This document shows positions 50,673 through 63,290 of a stretch of DNA of 64,000 nt, piece by piece (positions within the stretch are counted from its first letter, which is position 1; every line of letters starts with the position of its first letter). The notes under the pieces are model-generated. The model ran no database searches, was not told the origin of the DNA, and worked only from the letters and a program-made list of their open reading frames with translations. A program made the position numbers and the translations under genes. This DNA comes from Bispira polyomma (taxonomy: Eukaryota). The stretch covers positions 65,720,001 to 65,784,000 of the forward strand of contig OZ287754.1 of assembly GCA_965649765.1 (NCBI GenBank), written 5' to 3'.

Positions 50673-53248
50673 AAGTAGTCCTTACTCAAAAGATCAAATG
50701 AATCATATATAGTATATTACATGGTCTGATTTTTAGCAAGAATGAATAATGCACTTTTGAAACATTTTAATTCATTAACAATAATACCTTGGAAAATTAT
50801 TAGAGAAAAACAAGTGGATTGTAATTCCCTGTTTTCATTAAGCCTCCAGCCTTACTTCTTATATTTAATATTCATGTATTTGTCACTTTATTTTGAGTAA
50901 ATATTTTTTCATGGTATACCCATGTTCTAACAGAGATCAAACTAAACTGTTGAGAAGTACCTTTGGCAACATGCCAGCAATCATACCAATGATCATATAG
51001 GGGACGCTCCAATTTGAGAAATTTCTGAACCTGGAGATGACGATCGGTGGTGATGTTCTGCACATCTATCCCCTGCTCCTCCAGAAAAATTAAACTTCTC
51101 TTTAAACCCTCAAGCTCCATAGCTCCAGAATTAGCAACTTCATTAGACTGCAAATATATATATGTACAAGTTATAGAAGATAAAGTAAGCTGGCACATGA
51201 TGATATGTTCTTATTATAATGACCAACATCTCAACTTCATGAAATGATTCATCTGTAAAGGTTTAAAATTACCGACCATTTGCCACAGAATTTTAACATC
51301 ACCTTGATGAAACACTACTCAACACTAAAAGAGTACTCAGCGGGCATGTTTAATAATTTTTGTCCTTGTGTTGCCTTGGTAGAGTTTTACTTAAATTTAA
51401 TGGTTTATTCCTTGGCCCACATATACATAGTTTACAGCATAATTATCAGTGAAATTAATCTGGAGGAAAAAATTACCTGCACAAGTTGCATGTCTAGCAC
51501 CTTGGTTGTGATCAAATCCATGAGGGAGTAACTGCCATATTTGGCTGTGTGGCCTGGAGAGTAGCACCTCCCATCTCCCCCAATGGACACTGGTCCCTGA
51601 CCCCTCACCTCTTGCAACAACTGCTGCTGCTCACACTGCCAGTGTGAATGCACAGTTGGAATCAGGTAGCTTCTCTGGATGTTGTAGTAGGTGCTGGCAC
51701 TCACCACAGGTACTCTGAGAAACTGCAATACACATGTTCAACAGTATGTATACAGTCCACTTACTAGCATACAGCACAGAATAACACAAAGTAGTTGAAG
51801 ACTTCATGCAGGTGTGTGTTATCACTTCTCAATCAACAACGTTGATTTTTTATCTGATTTGGGTTCAACGTCACTGTCAACACATATAGGTCGTATCATG
51901 ATGGCCAGTTTCAGTGGTGGAGGAAACCAGTGCATACTAGTTGATCAAGATTCCACACTGTACGAGGGTGTTAGCACTGCGCCATCGAGGCCCCAAATTA
52001 ACAATGTTGAATGAAAGTATATTATACATGTATATTAATTGCCCATGTATATTAATTTTATTTTTAATTGCAAGAGGGATAAACAAACATATTGTTGTAA
52101 ATTACATGGAGGTTAATACAACCTAAACTTTACAAATGTATCTTAAGTTTGAATCTTAGCTGTTAGTTGAATATGGCTGGTTTCAACCTTTAATGTTAAT
52201 TAACACAAATTACCTTCATCATATTAATGGCTTTTTGAGGGCTACTGCCAGTAAAGAGGATAGCCGCAGCAAACAGGAGGTTACCAAATGGCATTGTACC
52301 ACTGGTTGGGTGACTGCACCATATGCGTTTGTGGTTATTCTTGCACACCTGGAAATATTTCGTTTATTTTATACATGAAGCAAATAAATAACACAAATAC
52401 TTCATACAACATAGGAAGACTGGCTATGTATTATACTATAGAAATTATTGCATTCACTGTCAAAACAAACAAGTTAAAATACTTCTGTAAACTAGAAGTG
52501 ACAGCCCATCAGAATCTATACAGACTACCAGAAATATAAACCATTTTTGCAGTAAAATTGTATACATTATCTTGTGTAAATAACACTTGTAGTCACTAAT
52601 CTGACATGGAACAGCTACTCACTAATCCTCACTTTGTAAGACAGCAACAGCCCACTAACATGTCCAGAAACTAGTTAATTATGGTCACTAATCCTCCTGT
52701 TTGCATTAAATAATTGGGGTTTAATGTTTGATACATTTGGGGCTGCAATTTGTGGAAATAAGACCTATACAAAACTGAGTGGACAAACCAAAGTTTGATC
52801 ATGAACGCAGACGCCAGATAGCAAAATACAGAAATAATGTGGGGGAGATATATAATTACATCAGTTATACCTGCTCAACTGTAAGAGCACTTCCAACAAG
52901 TTTTACAACATGTGCTTCACAAGAGCACAGACATAATGGACAAGATTCCAAGAGCTTCAAAAGTGCAGATTCGAAGACAAGAAACTTCCTTTCCTCTTGT
53001 GGAACCTTGCCCGACTTCAGCTGTTCAATTCTGAAAATATATAGTTGTAAAAAGTCTTAGTGAAAGCATGTACAATAATCAGTGAGATATTATTTACATG
53101 ATAATTATTATTAATTATTGTTAACTATAAGGCTTAGTGACTGTGGAAAGGCTAGGACACAAAGCAGTGAAAAACAAGTTAAACAACTAAATTAAACCAA
53201 ATAGATGTGTACAAGATCAAGTGCTTCATTGTATATAAAATATATATA

Positions 53249-53797
53249 CAGTCTATGGAAAAGGTGTCTTTGGGAAACTTTAAATGTTTTTATCCTCCCC
53301 CCCCCCCCCTCCCCTGCTGTGTGTAACCACAAATCTATCAGCACCATGTCTGGATTGTTTAAATTTTTACATAAAATATGCTACATTTTTGGAAACAAGT
53401 GATCAACACATCCACATACTAATGCAGGGTTCACACTATGACGGTATTGAGAGGTGGTAAGAGAATTTATGAAATTCGCCTTATGGCACTGGGAATCCTA
53501 TCGGTAACTTTGTTAACTTTAGCTTCCTTCCAAAGTATATCACTAAGAAATCTTCCGCTTAGAAAACTCAATACTCAAAAATCTGAGTATTTCCGTATCC
53601 CTACTGTAACATTCATACCAGTAATTGTCTGTGAAACTTATATGACAAGTTTTACTCCATTTGAGAGTTATATCACTTTTAGTCAAAACCACTCAGTGAG
53701 GGATGATAGATTTACAACATTAAGTGTGTCTGTGAGGGGGCAACTGTAAACAAACACCTTCCCAATCTCCTTCCAGGGACATATTTTCCATAGACTG
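53249..53797. mobile_element. Tc1/mariner-type MITE
   Basis: TA|CAGTCTATGGAAAA...TTTTCCATAGACTG|TA, a perfect 14-bp TIR. Confidence 0.85.
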
Positions 53798-56700
53798 TAT
53801 ACACAGATCAGTTGTCTCTTGAAAGTTAAACTATACACATGTGCTTTTGTGACTATATCAAAAAGTGAAAATGTACATATAACTTAAGAGCGGTTCCCAC
53901 TTTCACACCAGCCTTGCAATTTTTGCTACTTACCCAGCACTTATCTGCCGCAGTGAAAATATGCATTTATCGTCTATCAAATCTGGTTTCTAATCAGGGC
54001 CTGTCAGATCATATTACGTATGGAGGAAAGTATAGTGATGCTCCTGCTGTGTCACGTTCATTGCGGAAATTTAAGTTTTTTCTAAATTTCTACAATGGCC
54101 ATGGAGATCTACGCTTACTTAGGATTTCAGATGGAAATCACTGTGGGTTAAAATTTTTATAACTTTTACATTGAGGGATGTTTCTGCGACCGGCTAATCG
54201 CCATACAAGCACAAGTATAATTTTTTCGCTAAAGTGGGAGATGGGCTTTACCTTTAATGAACTCTTGTTTTAGTACTAGTACAAATACTAGTAGTAGTAT
54301 ACTTATTATATAAGTATATGCAAACAGATATGAAAATATGAAACAGTCTTCTGCAATTCAGGTATTAATTGTATAAATTTTAGGTATACTAATATATTCG
54401 TTATTCGGTTGAAAAATATTTTTGTATTAATGGTTAATTTCAAATATGAAAATTATATTAAAATTATGAAATGACAGAGTCTGAAACACTTATTGTGGTT
54501 CATCTTCATCCAATGAATCATCATCACTGTCCAGGTCCTGCTCATCTTTCACATTCCAGTCTGGGTCCTCATCCTCACCGATACTGACATCTCCAGCACC
54601 AGTCACATCATCCTCCACCTCCATGTCTTCAGGCTGAAACATTGGGTCGCAGGCCTGATCCTGACTTGGCACTGGATCTGTCTGTATGGTGAGGGACTTC
54701 ACTGGAATGGTTGTCTGGGTCCCTTTCACCCTTGTCTTAGAGCATGTCTGGGTGGCCACAGAAAGGTTCTACAAGTAAAGAAAATACACACAACAAGGTT
54801 TTTTGCATAACATTAAGACATATTATTTATCAATTATAATGTAATTATGATGCCCAGTTTTGTAAGATAAAACACTTTTTCAAAATTACTTGTCATAAAC
54901 AGTATTTAAATCAACACAACAGAACAATCAACAGTTAGAGTTTGAAGATGAAAACAGTAGAAATGACCTTACTACCAATATTGTTGCAAGACCTGGATTT
55001 ATAGTTGAATCTGTTACATAATCCTTCATTTCTACGGGGAAAACATTTTGCAAAATATTGCATATACATGTATTAGTATCTACTTTTATATCCAATAAAT
55101 TTGCTAGAACTGACTTCCAATAAGAAAATAGTACATTAGAACGGTTTTAAACATCAAATTGTCAGTCCATAAAATACACCATCTGACAAAGGAAATAACA
55201 TTTTTAAAATTCTGTTAAAGGTTTTCTCATGTAAAAATCATCTTAATTAAAGAGTATTTCAAGAAATAACATGTTACTGGCAAGACTTGTTTTTGCTTTT
55301 CAGTGTTCATGTGTAAAAATATCAAGCTGTCATTAAATGAAGTTCAGAGGTTTTTACATTTCGCAGGCTACATTGAGATACCCTGTTTGACCTACCATTA
55401 CTGGTGGTGTCTGAGTGGCTACAGTTACAGCTGTACTACTGGATGCCTCAGTACACATATTCAGCTGTACTTACTCCTCACCATTGTGAGGGCCACTCTC
55501 TGCAGTGTCAGTACCACTGGCAGCTGTCACAGTATCCAGTAACTACAAAAACATCAAACTCACTTTACACATTGGTTATACACATGTATGTAAATCAACA
55601 CATAAAATTTATTTGCATAACTTTTGCATATATGATATAATCATGCTATAAAAATAAAACTTTAAGAAACTTAGTACATTAACTTAACAATACTGTTACA
55701 TGTGACTTGATTATTAGGCAGATGGGCATGCATCTTGATTAGTTTTGGAACGTTTTTCATCAGTAGCAGGTTGTTATGGCTCGTTTGCATTAGTGTTAAT
55801 TAGTAGCAGTTACTGACCATTCGATGGTATCAGTGAGGTATTAGGGGGTATTAATTTTTTAACTGGTGGGGATTACTGTGAGTTAGTGGGTGTTAGTGCA
55901 GGTATGTGTCAGTTTCATGGCACAGGTTTGTGGACGAAAGCTTACAACTAGGATTTGCTAGATGCAACGAATACTGCCGAATATTTGTCTATAAGAGACC
56001 GGGCTATAAGTAAAAAGGGTGATCGATTTCAAATAAATTCACATCGAGTAGTATTATGACCCAACTGGTATGATGAATGCCTATGTTTGACATTGTTAAA
56101 AAATGAAATATCATATGGTATGTCATCAATTTAAACTGAAATTAATTTTTTTGGTCAATTTATATTGTACTATGTACCAATATTTCCAACTTTAAAATTG
56201 TTGGTGAAGGCTGAAACAGTTTATACTTGTGGGCCTCATGGCTGACTGTATTTAAATATCCCAATTGTGAGAAATGGCAATGGTCGGAGGGGGTACGGTG
56301 GTGGGGGACAATATACAAATTAAATGACAAGTAGAAAGAGAAAGGGGAGGGTGGCGCAGCAATGGACATAAATATATTTAATTCATTAGTAACATTTCTT
56401 ATGTTTCTAGCAGAAATGCATTAAAAAATATCAAGCACTAGTGGACAATATAGATATTGAACTATACATTGAAGTCCAGAGTAGGTATCCTCACACTGTG
56501 CAGTTGACGATAACGTCTGGGCAAGGCTAATGCTGTCTGTGCAGCACTATCAGCAGTGTTTACCTTCAGATAAACTATAAACCACCATAAACAGAATCAG
56601 TTGAAGCTGTATGTTATTAAGTAATTCTACACAGCATTTTCAGTCAAATTGGGGGGGGGGGGAGGGGGGAGGGGGGCATTTCCTTTATAGAACATCAGCC

Positions 56701-58354
56701 CATAAAAACAATACACATACCTCCAGGTTTTTTCTTTTAACTGTGGCAAGGCTCCTCCTTTCCTTCTTCACCACTTTGAAAGAAAATAAAGTTGGATAGG
56801 CTCCTTGAACAAGACCAATATTTGTGAAGCCTGCCTTCCTTGCTTCTTCTCTGTTCTTCTCGAAGCACCACTCCTCAAAATGATCTTCACAGACCTGGTG
56901 GTTGTGAGTGGCCTTGTAGTTCTTTCTCCGCAAACTTTTTTCCCACTTTGTTTTCAGAACTTTCTCAGTGGGAAACCGAAACAGGGCCTTACCCTGGCTG
57001 TTCTGGCAGTTTAAAGCTGCACACCGAAGCATAATGATTCCAGAAAAAACTAAAACAATTTCACAAAACCACGAGACAGTTCAAACGCATATACAATATG
57101 GCCGATTGTTTACATATGTTTGGCTCCACTGACGTCACAGCTGCATCGGATTACGGAGTTTATGGAAGACAAAATTATGGCGGCACTTATAGAAAACCAC
57201 AAAAATAAGGAAGTAAATGTTGTAAATACCACATGTGGTGTGGGATTATAGATACAAATTCAACACATATGTACATTTTACATATGTGTGGATATATTAA
57301 AGCTAAATCTGGGATCATGGATTCTGACCTTTAACCTTCAGATTATTCTTCAAAGACATCTTCAATTAGTTTGGAGTTTTGTACTTATAAATAAGCTAAC
57401 CTGCAGATTAATAATGAAAGAAATAATTTGTTACCCTAATCCCTTTGATCAAAGATGTTAATATTTCCAGTGTTTGATATTTATACAAGAAACGGATATC
57501 TTATATGCTATTGTAATTGTATTATTTGAATACCAATTAGTTTACAGTGAGGTAAATAAATTATATCTAAATAAATTAAGTAGAAGATAATTCTTGATTA
57601 TATTAAGAGTATTGGTAATAACTACACAGTAAATAAGAGAATTATTAATGAACATAATACCCAACTGTCAAGTATAAATGATCTGTTCAGATTTAACACT
57701 GGTGATGGCTTTTTTGTACTACACACTCATTCTCCTGTGTGCTATATTTAGCACAGTAAAGAAACAGCCCATTTCTTCAAGACAGTTTACCGTAAAAAGC
57801 ATAAAATTTACAATATGTGAAATTCGCCAGAGGCTAATATATACATATAATAAAAATGATGTACAAAATTTAATGAAAATCTAGTAGAAATTGATCTCTA
57901 AATTGAAAAAAATATATTGAGTTTTTTTACCAAATACATTTTAGGGTTTTTTTCTGTAAAACTACAAAGGTATCAAAATTTATATACCTTACTTTAGCCC
58001 AACCTTGTCAGTCTTGCAGGACTAATTGAGAGACAGTATTGATTACTGCACCTCTTTTATATTTAGGGGCTCTGTAGGGATATTATTAACAACTATGAAA
58101 CTTTCGGTATATACTATACCTCGGAATATAACCAGAACCAAAATGCCGCCCTGTACTGCCACCCTGTATTGCTGCCCTGGTTATGAAAGCTGGGTACTTG
58201 TATTTAAGCTTGTTTCTTAACGGATTTTGATGCAACAAAAAGCTCAGGAATCACAATAAAATAAGCTTTCTTGTCCTATTTTTATGCAGATTCAATCTTT
58301 AGTAACTTCCAAGCTATAATTAATTGCTATTTTGGGTGCAAAATCAAACAAAAA

Positions 58355-59025
58355 TGACTGGGTGCTTGGATAGAATTATACTTTTCTACAGGGTGGCAGG
58401 CTGGACTGAAGTTTGGAATGGGAGTTGGAAAGGAGCTAGACTTCTCTACAGGGCGGCAGGTTGGAATGGGGGTTGGAATGGGAGTTGGAATGGAGCTATG
58501 CATCTCTACAGGGCAGCAGGTTGGACTGAAGGTGGGAATGGGTGCTAGGATAAAGCTAGGCTTCTCTACAGTGCGGCAGATTGGACTGTTGGTTGGAATG
58601 GGAGTTGGAATGGGGCTAGGCTTCTGTACAGGGCGGCAGGTTGGGATGGGGGTTCAAATGGGAGTTGGAACAGAGCTAGACTTCTCTACAGGGCGGCAGA
58701 TTGGAATGGGGTTTGGAATGGGACTTGGAACAGAGATATACTTCTCTACAGAGAGGCAGGCTTGACTGAAGGTTGAATGTGAGTTGGAATGGAGCTAGGT
58801 TTCTGTACAGGGTGGCAGGTTGGAATGAGGGATGGAATAGGTGCTTGGATAGAATTATACTTTTCTACAGGGCGGCAGGTTGGAATGGGGGTTGGAATGG
58901 GAGTTGGAATAGAGCTAGGCTTCTCTACAGGGCGGCAGGTTGGAATGGGAGTTGGAATAGAGCTAGGCTTCTGTACAGGGCGGCAGATTGGACTGGGGGT
59001 TGGAATGGGAGTTGGATTGGAGTTG
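58355..59025. repeat. G-rich ~60-bp minisatellite, about 11 units
   Basis: Unit ctctacagggcggcaggttggaatgggggttggaatgggagttggaatagagctaggctt, built from 12-bp subunits. Confidence 0.9.
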
Positions 59026-59319
59026 CAAATTATGTTAAATACATTTTATAAGTAAAAAAAATCAGATGTAATTTTGAGGTTGAATTGGAAATAGTATTGA
59101 ATCCATTTAACATTCATCTTTATAATCTCTTGAATAAGTTTACATGCTAAATCTGTATTTTGTGTGTTTGTTAAATTGTCACTAATAAGCCGATAGGGAC
59201 TGGGAACTATTGTTCTTTTAATGTTATTGTTATTCATACATTGGTATGTTCTAGTGACAGAAATAAACAAATCAACTAAACTAACTATACAGTCAAAATG
59301 TAACTATATCTTCATCAGC

Positions 59320-59578
59320 GGGGGCTGCGGTGGCCTAGTGGTTAGCAAGCATTGCGCTTCAAAATCACTTGTCTCTCACCTCTGGGCGGCGTGAGTTCGA
59401 ATCCCATCGATGCCTATGTGGTAAAGGTGGTAGTTCCTTACTGCGGGCCGCTGGTTTCAGTGCAGAACCTTGATCAACTGTATGCAGTGTTTCATCCAGC
59501 ATTTCCAACTACCCGTTCCAATATAACCTAAACAGGTACTAGAGTGGACGTTAAATATCCAAATTAAGAAAAAAAAAA
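59320..59578 (+). mobile_element. tRNA-derived SINE, family A copy 3
   Basis: A and B boxes, A-rich tail, TSD TCATCAGC (59312-59319 and 59579-59586). Confidence 0.9.
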
Positions 59579-60021
59579 TCATCAGCATTTTTTTAAATTA
59601 TAATTAGTAAACCTATCACAAGGTACATTATAAGAGCTTTCTGATGATACCAAAACAAAAATTTTAGAGGAAGTATTAAGATAGATACATCTATTTATTT
59701 AATTGAATTTTTAACAAGTGAGCAGCCTGGGACAGGCTAGAGGTGCTCACTCGTTTGATGTAATTAGCCAGAATCTGTGTGGGGACAGCATTTTCATGGA
59801 ATTGGCCCGACAATTCAACTTCATACTTACCAGGTATCCTTTATTAATTCTGGGGATAATGCAATCAATTTGTTTTTTTAATAAAAAACTATAATAACTG
59901 TTTTAAAAATCTAGGCCTCACTGACATAACCTTTGACATAGAAAGGACTTTTTCACTTTCTAGCCTTGCCTTGTCTTCTTCCACACATATTCTTTGTGTG
60001 TGGAAAAAGATAAGTGTGCAG

Positions 60022-60030
60022 TGTGTGTGG

Positions 60031-60074
<44 letters not shown>

Positions 60075-60157
60075 GGAGGGGGTATTTGTTGTAGTGAATG
60101 AAAGACAAGTGGGGAAAGGGGAGGGGTGGCCATGGTGCTGTGCTATGTTTGAAAGTG

Positions 60158-60192
<35 letters not shown>
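60022..60192. repeat. (GT)n/(GA)n microsatellite cluster
   Basis: Directly visible. Confidence 0.9.
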
Positions 60193-60196
<4 letters not shown>

Positions 60197-60580
60197 CTAG
60201 TGTGTGTAGGATGCTGTGAAGGTTGTATGTTGGGGTAGTGTGTTGACATTAATATTATCCTATTTGAGTTAATTTTAATCAAAAGCATGTTAATGAAGTC
60301 TCTAAGTCTTAGCTATTTAATATTATTAAGTGTAATTTCAATATAAAAATGAGGTTGGTGTCACTGTTACAAATATTTAGAACCAGTTTTTAAAGTTAAT
60401 TTACAGTGAAACTTTCAGGAATAAAATGTTATTTCAGCTCCACTGCATTTCTCTAAAATGATTTTGTACTGTGTTTTTAATTACCGGGGTATAGGGATTT
60501 TTTCTAGTAATCATAATATGTGTACACACGTTACTTCTATATTGTTCTTTAATTTTGAATAATATTTCTAACAATTTTAA

Positions 60581-61809
60581 TTTTTATCTCGGAGGGCGGA
60601 ACCATCCGAGATCATGTATTGAGAAGATGTTTTTGGTCTGCAGACAGCACTTTCTACCAGTTTCGTCCATTATTTTAAGTCCGTTTTTGGCAGTTATATG
60701 TGGTTGGTACTAAGGACGAGTCAGAAGCCTTAATATATCTATTTATTTTTTTATTTTGTTTGTAAAATAAGATTTAACCTTTGACATCCCAATTACCGCA
60801 TATTTTGTTATGTCCATTTTTTGTGGGGCCAGTCAGATTCGTAGGTTTCAATAGGTATATATATATGTGACAAAGACTGGGGTTTGGGATATATATACGA
60901 GATATATATACCCATACTGACGGAAAAATCTTTTTCTTCTGATTTTGAGTATAATTTGCTAGAACGCACGCCTTTTAACTTTGGTTTTGACCGCTAGACG
61001 GGGCCACACTACAGTCTTTTATTTATTTTTAAGTATTTAGATACTCAGTACTAGCATATTCTCGCCATTTCTGTGTTGACGTCATCACTTTTCGTATATT
61101 TTATTTGACAGGAGCGGCTTGCAAATCGCCTACGTTCTCATCACTTTTGGGGCATTTCCGTTTGGTACTCGCTTTCAAAACTTCCTATCTCGCTAGAATA
61201 TATTTTATTAACACACAAGTCGAGGCAAAGTCTGCGAACTCCTTCTATTTTCGCCTACATTCTCATCATATTTGCAGCGTTTTATGGGAGTACTCGGCTT
61301 TTGGAACTTCATCCCTTGCTATAATATCTTTTATTTAACGCACGAGGTGAGGTTTCGTCTAAAACGTGACCCAGAAGTGGGGTAAGGGGTTAGGGGATTA
61401 TATCTAATTTTATGTGTAACAGATATTTAGGCCAAAGAATGATGGCTAACTCCCCTAAAAATTACCTTCAATCAAAAAATTAAAAAAAAAATTTTTTTTT
61501 TTAACTTGTCGACCTGTCAGGTTACATGTTGACATGTCAACAGATAGACAGTTGATTAATTTTTTTTTACTTTTAGGTAGACAGGTTGACAGGTAGACAG
61601 ATAATATTTTTTAGTATTTAAATAGGTTGTCAAATAATTTACTTTTTTGTAACTTATATATTGACAATTGTATTTTAGGTTATAGGTAGACAGATATTTT
61701 TTTTGGCTGTAACTTATACATTGACAGATAATATTGGTTTACTTTTAGATAGACAGCTTGAGATACATGTCTCCGAGATTTGTGACCGCAAGGTCACTTT
61801 CCCCTTGTT
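60581..61809 (+). mobile_element. non-autonomous Helentron-associated element (HINE/DINE-1-like)
   Basis: 5' TTTTT-ATCTCGGA...TCCGAGAT stem; 3' repeat of TCCGAGAT followed by the hairpin GTGAC-CGCAAG-GTCAC and a T-rich end. Confidence 0.8.
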
Positions 61810-61888
61810 TCCAATAAAATTTGACTCTTTTCTTGTCATAAAAAAATTCACATTTAAAACAATATGTTTTATCCATGCAATAGTTTAT

Positions 61889-62880
61889 TTTTATTAAGCG
61901 TCCCTTGAAAAGGGCGCTTATTTGGTTTCACCCCTGGTTTCCTCGCTGCCGCCGCATGGTCTTCCTTGAATATCTCCTTCAATATTATCTGCATCAAAAT
62001 TATTTTTGGCAGTTCTCTTAACCAGGAGTGGGAAATTTTTTTAAAATTCTTAGCTTTGAATTTGGCCTACTTAAATGTCAGGTGACCCGGGGGGTGTAAA
62101 AGTGCTTGTCACTATGTTTTTTCAGAAAGTATTTTTGGCAGTTCTTTTAACCAAGAGTGGGAAATTTTTTTTAAATTCTTGGCTTTGAACTTTGGCCTAC
62201 TTAAATGTCAGGTGACCCTGGGGGTATAAAAGTGCTTGTCACTAGGTTTTCTCAGAAAGTATTTTTGGCAGTTCTCTTAACCAGGAGTGGGAAATTTTTG
62301 AAAAATTCTTGGCTTTGAACTTTGGCCTACTTAAATGTCAGGTGACCCTGGGGGTGTAAAAGTGCTTGTCACTAGGTTTTCTCAGAAAGTATTTATCATA
62401 GCTATCATAGTCATTTTCAGGACGGGATGAGATTAATCCGATGATAACTGACCGATTGCCAACCGATTGATATTTATTGAAATGCGAAAAATCGGTACTT
62501 TGTTGCTATCTCGGAAACTATTGGGATTTCGGCTGTTTCTTGGTATAAGTTATTCAGCTTCTTTTTGATTTTATGTATCAGGTAAAAATCTCACAGTTCT
62601 AAGTCCAGTACTGAATGAGTACTGAGTACTTCAAATGAGTATTTTGCTTTATTTTGGTCTATCTTGCACTTTTATCAACTTTTCTTTTGAAGTACTTGTC
62701 ATAGTTCAATGAAATTTGGCTTGCACATTGGAAATACCAAAGCATTGATGTCCGTAAATTTTTAGATCAATTTAGTGATAATTGACTGATTGACAGGGTC
62801 GATCGTTCATACAAATTGGGAAAAAAAAGTGTTGATAGGTGCTTTTTTGAGCGTGTGAGTACATGCAGCGCGTAACTTTT
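61889..62880 (+). mobile_element. second HINE-like element with internal tandem repeats; 3' end uncertain
   Basis: 5' stem TAAGCGTCCCT-TGAAA-AGGGCGCTTA after a T run, short GCC repeat, then a tandem array. Confidence 0.55.
62001..62395. repeat. ~130-bp tandem repeat, 3 copies
   Basis: tatttttggcagttctcttaaccaggagtggg...tcagaaag begins at ~62001, ~62130 and ~62260. Confidence 0.92.
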
Positions 62881-62992
62881 AAAGAATAGCCTGAATTTTT
62901 ATTTATTTTTTACCCCATCCAAAAATATGTGATCGTTACTGATATAAAACAATTTCAATTTCAAAAATTTTGAAAATTCAGTTTTTTTTTAC

Positions 62993-63290
62993 ATGTCCGT
63001 TATATCGGAAACGATGCAAGATAGAGCGATTTCAAGCTCATTTTCGACCGACAGGTTTGATTTTGCTTATATGTAAACTTTTGAAAAAATGTTTGATTTT
63101 GGCGACCATCTTGAATTTCTGCGTCCTTTACGAAAATGTCCGTTATCTTGGAAACAGTGCTAGATAGAGCGATGTCGAGCTCATTTTCGACCCAGAGAAA
63201 AGAGAGGGTTGATTTTGCTTATATGTAAACTTTTGAAAAAAAATGTTTGATTTTGGCGGCCATCTTAAATTTCTGCGGCTTTTACAAAGG
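62993..63290. repeat. ~143-bp tandem repeat, 2 copies
   Basis: atgtccgttat...gatagagcgat...ggcg(a/g)ccatctt.aatttctgcg is duplicated. Confidence 0.85.

Larger units (their letters stand above)
47287..57032 (-). pseudogene. Kolobok THAP-DDE transposase, ~11 exons (57032-56721, 55542-55396, 54768-54494, 53030-52871, 52348-52214, 51722-51477, 51147-50961, 50353-50105, 49408-49237, 48378-48230, 47480-47287)
   Basis: THAP (CAALNC..LFRFP..W..VCEDHF..AYPTLF); KFLVFESALLKLLESCPLC; GDGRCYSPGHTAKYGSY; MELEG; TTDRH; DCWHVAK; NHLYWCA; HIANVH..CMH; TSSLEAYH; LAVLHQNEN. Exon phases are consistent. Lesions: TAA at 55471-55473 and a donor reading AT instead of GT at 54493. Confidence 0.88.
37230..57330. mobile_element. 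Kolobok-superfamily DNA transposon (~20.1 kb including nested insertions)
   Basis: TTAA TSD (37226-37229, 57331-57334); termini AGGTCA / TGACCT with imperfect extension; convergent THAP-DDE transposase and KolX genes; identical 19-bp motif ~194 bp inside each end. Confidence 0.88.

Noticed and set aside
56485-56575. Additional transposase exon
   Set aside because: Coding-like composition, but no unambiguous acceptor/donor pair; the neighbouring exons join in phase without it.
58324-59055. Gly-rich structural protein ORFs
   Set aside because: They are translations of the minisatellite in overlapping frames, interrupted by stops, with no splice or signal evidence.
59636-59670. Hammerhead ribozyme cores at CTGATGA sites (also ~5018, ~20090, ~31097)
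   Set aside because: No correctly placed stem II with GAAA and no closing helices.
62001-62395. CRISPR-like array
   Set aside because: The units are contiguous near-identical monomers without unique spacers, in a eukaryotic context.
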